A stretch of 56,557 nucleotides of DNA. It comes from Octopus bimaculoides. Its lineage: Eukaryota. A program made the translations under genes and the position numbers. Where the stretch lies: assembly GCF_001194135.2 (NCBI RefSeq), contig NC_068984.1:140667352-140723908 (forward strand), read 5' to 3'. Below are positions 50,620 through 56,557 of the stretch, piece by piece (the first letter of the stretch is position 1; each line of letters begins with the position of its first letter). Below the pieces are notes generated by a model. It searched no databases. It was not told the DNA's origin and was given only the letters and a program-made list of their open reading frames with translations.

Positions 50620-50855
50620 ATGTTCACCTCTCATGCCAGTACCATGTAACAAAGCACTTGTGCTGATGCCTTGTAAAATTTACCCACACTGGCATCACAT
50701 AAAAAGCACCCGACATGCCCTGTAAAGTGGTTTGTGTCAGGAAGGGCATCCAGCTGTAGAAACCAAGCCAAAGCAGACTGAAACCTGGGTCCAGCTAGTC
50801 AGCTCTGGTCAAACCATCCAATCCATGCCTGCATCAAAAACATGTTAAATGATAA
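50620..50855 (+). mobile_element. Degenerate RTE 3' fragment
   Basis: AGGAAGGGCATCCAGCTGTAGAAAC core. Confidence 0.6.
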
Positions 50856-51431
50856 TGGTGATGGCCTTTGGCCTCTTTTGGGTGCCTTTAACAGAGTTCA
50901 CTCTATTGCAAATATTGGGTCAGGAATCTGGTCTGAAAATAAATTCAGCCCTCCCTTCCTTCCTTTTGCCAGTGCTGGAGGCCTTAAAAACTGTTGGTTG
51001 CATTGCCTCTCTTCTTTTGACTAATTTACATAAAACATAAAACTGAAACACCATACAAGAAAATAGAAAATACAAGAAAAAGATCCCTTCTTAAGCCAAA
51101 GCTAAAACTTTATGAATGGATTAGGAAATTAACCCTTTCAAATGACAAATGTTTGTAAATTACAAATAATTTTGAAAATCAGAATCTGTAGGGATTTAGC
51201 ATGATAACTTGTTGCCTGAAGCGCAAGTGACAACAGTACCTTCCCCACCCTCACACTTGAACAAAGGACTGATATGTCGAATTCTACCCACCTTACAGAA
51301 ATTGAACTTAAACACTTATAGGAATTTTTACCAACACACAATCACTTCCTGAAATTCCATATTCTACATTATTAAGTTTGTGTTTGGAACCTTATTTTAA
51401 AAGTTTTTACATAAAATTATGACAGAAGGGT

Positions 51432-51660
51432 TTAACCCTTTTGTTACCATATTTATTGTGAGATGCTTTGTGTTTCTTTCAAGTAATTTTAAATCTGACA
51501 AAGAATTTAGTAAAATAACTTGGTTATCATTAAGCTGGTGTTAGGAACATAAATTGTGATTAAGGTTTAGTGGAAGATTTTAATTCAAAACTTTTGAAAA
51601 CAAGACATTTGTACTACAGAGCCAAGGGCAGTTTCAGCCAGGTTGGTATCAAAGGGTTAA
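51432..51660. mobile_element. piggyBac-type MITE, second family
   Basis: TTAACCCTTTTGTTACCA...TGGTATCAAAGGGTTAA. Confidence 0.6.
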
Positions 51661-51766
51661 TGGAAGAAATACACCGTCATAGAAACAACCAGAGGTGGCA
51701 TCAGGAAGATTGATATGAGAAGGATTAAGAAATAAAATAAGTGGAAAACAGGGGTCAAATACTTAC

Positions 51767-51948
51767 TGATTTGTCCTTTTTGTCTTTTCTTAAGAAAGAG
51801 AAGAAGCCTTTCTTTCTATGAGAATCTCTTGGGGGTGGCATGTGGATGTAGTTTTTTGATGGTCCCTGGCTTTGGTTTGACTTTGTTGGGTCTGCAATCC
51901 AACTGGTTGCAGACAGATCTGGCACAGACATGTAATGATCAGTTGATG
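51767..51948 (-). CDS. COBL: COBL-like exon (ASTDHYMSVPDLS...HRKKGFFSFLRKDKKDKS)
   Basis: Acceptor ttttcag, donor gtaagt; 182 nt, phase 1 to 0, open frame not reported in the ORF track. The GFFSF motif follows the Ubl domain in Cobl-family proteins. Confidence 0.85.
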
Positions 51949-52503
51949 CTGAAAATTATAAAGAATGGTAAAGCTATTGGACACTGGCAGTAAATAGGGA
52001 GTTGCAGACTTGTGGATGTTGGAGACTATGACAAAAGAGTAGAAGATGACAATGATGATGGGTGATTTATTATGATAATGGTCTTGATGAAGGTAATGAC
52101 AATAGCTGTCACAGACGATGATGATATTCTCGTTAACGGTAGCGATACTCTGATAATTATGATAATGACAGTAAAGTGGAAGTCATTAGGGAATTATACA
52201 GAAGTTCTCTTGGTATTTGTTGTACTGAGGTCAACGTTTCCCTTCAACCTGTTGGGGGGTCAATGAAATAATCCCAGATGGTGGACTGGCAGAATTAAAA
52301 GAGTTTCAGAATGTCTTGCACTTTCTGTTCTAGGTCTTTACATTTTGAGAGCAACACCAGTGATGTCATTGTGCCAAGCTGTATCAGTCTTAAAAATGGC
52401 AGCCTTTCTCTTGGACAATTTCAGTGACTGACTTGGAGAAAAGAGACTTGCATGCAAAAATTATTGCCAGGCTTCTACTCACCTCATGCTGACATATACA
52501 GTA

Positions 52504-52821
52504 GGGTGGAGTGAAAATAAAAAATTGGGGAAATTGAAAATGCCTGAGGCCTAAAATCTTGCTATATACTATTACTAGAAAAATGCTTAAATTTTCGCTT
52601 AGATCAGTCAAGAGCATTTACTCCCTCAAACAACACAAACTCCGCTATTGTATAAAATTTACAAAAATTTGCCATTTTCAGCGTTTAGGTGGCTTGAGGG
52701 AGTAAATACCCTTGATTGATCTCAGCAAATATTTAGCATTTTTCTAGTAATTAAATATAACAATATTTTATCTCTCAGGCATTTTCAATTTTTACAATTT
52801 TTAAAAATGTTCACTCCACCC
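52504..52821. mobile_element. Foldback MITE with long imperfect arms and TA flanks
   Basis: TA-GGGTGGAGTGAA ... TTCACTCCACCC-TA; internal blocks mirror over roughly 140 bp. Confidence 0.7.
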
Positions 52822-53084
52822 TAATATACAGACAGCTACAAAGTCAAGTCTGAATCATTTAGAGCTCAACTCTATAATGATAGTAATGGATCTAATATTG
52901 GTAATGATTGTAGCATAAATATAAAAGGATTATTAAGGTGACGACCACAGTAACATCAATACTGATAATAACTGATAATTATGATAATACTCCAATATTT
53001 ATAATTATGATGGCACTTTAACGATGAGATCCTAAGTGATAAAAAATAACAGTATGGCAGTATCTCTTTTGGTAATACTCTTTT

Positions 53085-53492
53085 ACTCTTTTATATTCTT
53101 TTACTTGTTTCAGTCATTTGACTGCGGCCATGCTGGAGCACCGCCTTTAGTCGAGCAAATCGACTCCAGGACTTATTCTTTGTAAGCCTAGTACTTATTT
53201 TATTGGTCTCTTTTTGCTGAACCGCTAAGTTACAGGGACTTAAACACACCACCATCGGTTGTCAAGCAATGTTGGGCAGGGACAAACAGACACACAAACA
53301 TATACACACACATACATACGCATATATACGACGGGCTTCTTTTCAGTTTCCGTCTACCAAATCCACTCACAAAGCTTTGGTCGGCCCGAGGCTGTAGTAG
53401 AAGACACTTGCCCAAGGTGCCACGCAGTGGGACTGAACCCGGAACCATGTGGTTTGTAAGCAAGCTACTTACCACACAACCACTCCTATGCC
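53085..53492 (-). mobile_element. SINE family B, full length
   Basis: Reverse complement of the 9213 and 30271 copies. Confidence 0.8.
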
Positions 53493-54370
53493 TAATGGTG
53501 ATGATTTAATAATGTCGGTATAAATAATGCTGATGACAGAGAATAAAGGTGACGAACTGGCAGATCTGTTGGCACACTGGGCAAAATGCTTGGCAGCATT
53601 ATGTCCTTCTTTGTGTTATGAGTTCAAATTCCATCGAGATTGACCTTACCTTTCATCCTTTCAGGGTTAATAAAATAAGTAGCACTAGGGTCCATGTAAT
53701 CAGCTCATCTCCTCCCCCAAACTGCTGGCCCTGGCTCAAAATTTGAATCCATTATTGATAGAAGTAATCTTAATAATGAAGATCAGGAATGTCATTAAGA
53801 CAGCGCTGTAGGGGTCTGGCTTAACCCTGCCTGGGATTTGAAACCAAATCCATTGGCTTGTTGCTTGTCAAAACGAGCAGGAAATCCTCCACACTAGATG
53901 ACTGATGAGGAAACACTCCAGCCCCTAGGACCTGTACTGGTCAAGGAAAGGTCAGCCCTTTGTTTAAGGTTTGACCTACATTACTGACCATAGCCTATAT
54001 AACAGAGAGAATTTTCTATCTCTTCTTCTGATGTGTCAACTATGACCAAGGAACAACACCAGCTCTTTTATGTCAGCCAGACCAAGGAGCAACACCCACT
54101 TTTGCATCAGCCTTAACCAAGAGCAGCACTTCCTTTCATCCTTCACTTCATATGCTGAAAGAGGCTTTTGGCCGTAAGAAAGGTGATACCGCCTTTATCC
54201 TTTCTCCCTTTCTAGTCAGCACTATGACTACCTTACTCTTTCCCTCTCTACAGACAGACCACCTTTTTCTACATATCAACTACTAACCAGCGAGTCATCC
54301 TTGTCGTCACTATCACTAGAATTGCTGCCGTCTCTGTAACAACCTGTCAGGTAAATGAATAAATATATGT

Positions 54371-54468
54371 AAGGCTGGAGAGTACATCAGCCGAAACAAT
54401 GTGTTAACAACAAACAAGATGAGAACAAATATCCATCAAATGTAAATAATGTAAACAATGTAAATAAT
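54371..54468 (+). mobile_element. Truncated PLE-hammerhead element fragment abutting a splice donor
   Basis: Stem II and tail present; CTGATG missing and AACGTT mutated to AACAAT. Confidence 0.7.
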
Positions 54469-54475
54469 AAATTAC

Positions 54476-54704
54476 CTTTGTGAACAAGATTGAGCTCATG
54501 CTGTTGAAGACCTAATTCTTGGAGTGTATATTTGAGATTTATCACAGATCCAGGTTTGTCTGGACGTTGCAACACAAATACATTTGGGTCGAGGTTCTTC
54601 TCTTCACACACGCTCTGGTGCAACTCGTGCAAGGGATGGTTAGCGCTCATCCTGCGCACCACTTTCTGAGCATGTGGCAAGTTTATGGTCAGTCGATACG
54701 TCAT
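54476..54704 (-). CDS. COBL: COBL-like exon: ubiquitin-like/Ras-binding-type domain (MTYRLTINLP...HELNLVHK)
   Basis: Acceptor ttttcag before 54704, donor gtaatt after 54476; 229 nt, ends phase 1. Pattern RLxINLPxxQKxVxR...PLxEL...C..K.LDP fits the Cobl ubiquitin-like domain. Confidence 0.85.
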
Positions 54705-56248
54705 CTGAAAATAGCAGTAAAATGACTTGTTAAAAAAAACATCATCATTATTAATTTATACATAATCTCATCAATGTTTTAATGCCCACTGTCCCACGGG
54801 TCAGACAAAACTGCTGAAGCAGGTTTTCCTATGGTCAACAACCCTCACCAGTTTCCAAGCAAAGTAATATTTTCTCCAAGTTATATATAATTAATGAAGT
54901 GCCCAGACATACTTTTAAAGAGGATTATAAACAGATGACCTGTTTTATGAATAGAGGCTTCTGTTTCCAGTCAGGAGAATTCATAACTGTGCAACAAGCT
55001 TATCCCAGTTTCTGTCTACCAAACTCACAAGTGGTATAACAGAAGGCACCAACTGTGTACACACAGTGAACACTCCCTAATCCACATGATTTCCAAAGAG
55101 AACTTCTCAACCACACAACTATGAGTGTGTGTGTGTGTATGTGTGAGGAGGGGGTATAACATCCATGCTTAAGCGGGGATAAATATTACTTCTCGGTAAT
55201 GAAGGTGGGTATCAGAAGAATCAGCATCATAGATAAAGGCAAGAAGTGGGTGAAGTGATGATGGCAAAATTCAAGCTTGGGGTACACCAAATTTGATAGA
55301 CTGTGGCTCTGAGGAAGCTCTATCTATACACAAAGTGATGGTGGGATTTGACTGGAAGCAAATGATCTCTGGGGATGAGATGAGCTGGAAGGAAAGGGCT
55401 GACCAGAACAGAAAGGGGGAGAGAGGAAGTGAGGAAAGCAAGACCCGGGTTGTCCTCTTTCAACCTTCTGCAGTCGCTGTGAATGGATATCAGTGGAGCA
55501 AGCTAGCAGGATTGATAGTAGCAGCTGCTAACATTAGGTGATACGGGTAGGACGTGTTCTGACTTAGCACAGCTGGACAGTCAACGAGAAGCAGATGAAC
55601 TGTATCTCATTTCCTTGCATTACAGTTCCCTCATACCACATGATCAAAGAGATGAGACAGGAAAAGAGCCCCGAGGCAAACAGTTTTGCTAGGAGTTCAC
55701 TTATTGGTTTTAGTAAGTATTGTGTCTCTTAATGTAAACCCATAACAACCTAACTGTCTTTAGATATTAACAAGCACTAGAGTGTTGATAATACTGGTTC
55801 TAAATTTTGGCACAAGGCCAGCAAGTTCAAGGTGGGGGTATAATTTGATTACATTGGCCACCAATGTTCAACTGGTACTTATTTTATCGATTCCCTCCCC
55901 AGAAAAGGATGAAAGGCAAAGTTGACCACACTGGAAATTGAACTCAGGACATAAAGATAGATGAAATGACGCTAAGCATTTCGCCCGGCTTGCTAATGGT
56001 TCTTCTAGTTTACCACCTTCAATGGTGTTGTTAATATTGGCAAAAATCTTTGATGGGGGTGTTCCAGCATGGCCACACAGTACAACGAAAAAGAAACTGG
56101 TAAAACAATATACATACATATATGCACAATACAGGTAGACACAAACATGCACATAGACAGACAGACAGACACAGGTATGAGGAGACACACATTTAGCATC
56201 TGTGCAAGAAGGAAAACAAAAGCCACACCAGAAACAACAGAAAACTAA

Positions 56249-56557
56249 CATCATCATCATCATCATCATCATCGTTTAACGTCCGCTTTCCATGCTAGCA
56301 TGGGTTGGACGATTTGACTGAGGACTGGTGAAACCGGATGGCAACACCAGGCTCCAGTCTGATTTGGCAGAGTTTCTACAGCTGGATGCCCTTCCTAACG
56401 CCAACCACTCAGAGAGTGTAGTGGGTGCTTTTACGTGTCACCCGCACGAAAACGGCCACGCTCGAAATGGTGTCTTTTATGTGCCACCCGCACAAGCCAG
56501 TCCAGGGGCACTGGCAACGATCTCGCTCGAAAATCCTACAGGAGCCAGTCAGGCGGT
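56249..56557 (-). mobile_element. RTE LINE 3' fragment, young, runs off the window
   Basis: Same family core and tail. Confidence 0.8.

Larger units (their letters stand above)
13738..54704 (-). other. COBL: Gene span: cordon-bleu (COBL/COBLL1)-like WH2 actin regulator, 8 coding exons in window, probably 5'-incomplete
   Basis: Hand-spliced exons all have GT-AG ends and compatible phases (0/1, 1/0, 0/1, 1/1, 1/1, 1/1, 1/0, 0/stop), giving one 1925-aa frame. Domain order (ubiquitin-like/RBD, KKGFFSFL, K-rich PAPPPP, low-complexity middle, terminal WH2) matches the Cobl family as I recall it; no database search run. Confidence 0.8.

Noticed and set aside
53902-53920. CTGATGAGGAAAC, hammerhead-like string
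   Set aside because: No stem II between CTGATGA and GAAA and no supporting stem I; at best a degenerate relic.

Overview
AT-rich, microsatellite- and transposon-dense animal genomic DNA with several N gaps. The repeat families resemble those I recall from octopus; this is unverified. There is one protein-coding gene, on the minus strand and probably 5'-incomplete: a cordon-bleu (COBL/COBLL1)-like actin regulator. I assembled it by hand from 8 phase-compatible GT-AG exons (54704-54476, 51948-51767, 44728-44059, 38994-38815, 36524-36129, 31362-31171, 23261-19378, 13782-13738; 5778 nt including stop, 1925 aa). It has a ubiquitin-like/RBD domain, a KKGFFSFL motif, K-rich PAPPPP motifs and one C-terminal WH2. 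Its 3.9-kb exon encodes about 27 copies of a Trp-containing helical repeat I cannot assign to a known family. The rest is TE debris: RTE LINE 3' ends, tRNA-derived SINEs, mariner/Tc1, Helitron, CR1-like, piggyBac- and hAT-type MITEs. The most unusual items are (1) a short repeat family joining a Pol III tRNA-like head to a Penelope-type terminus with an intact minimal hammerhead ribozyme (4 intact copies, two in sense orientation flanking the giant exon), (2) the Trp repeat array, and (3) a 542-bp zero-spacer palindrome next to a gap, which may be an artefact. No rRNA, genuine tRNA gene or CRISPR array was found. TE boundaries are approximate.
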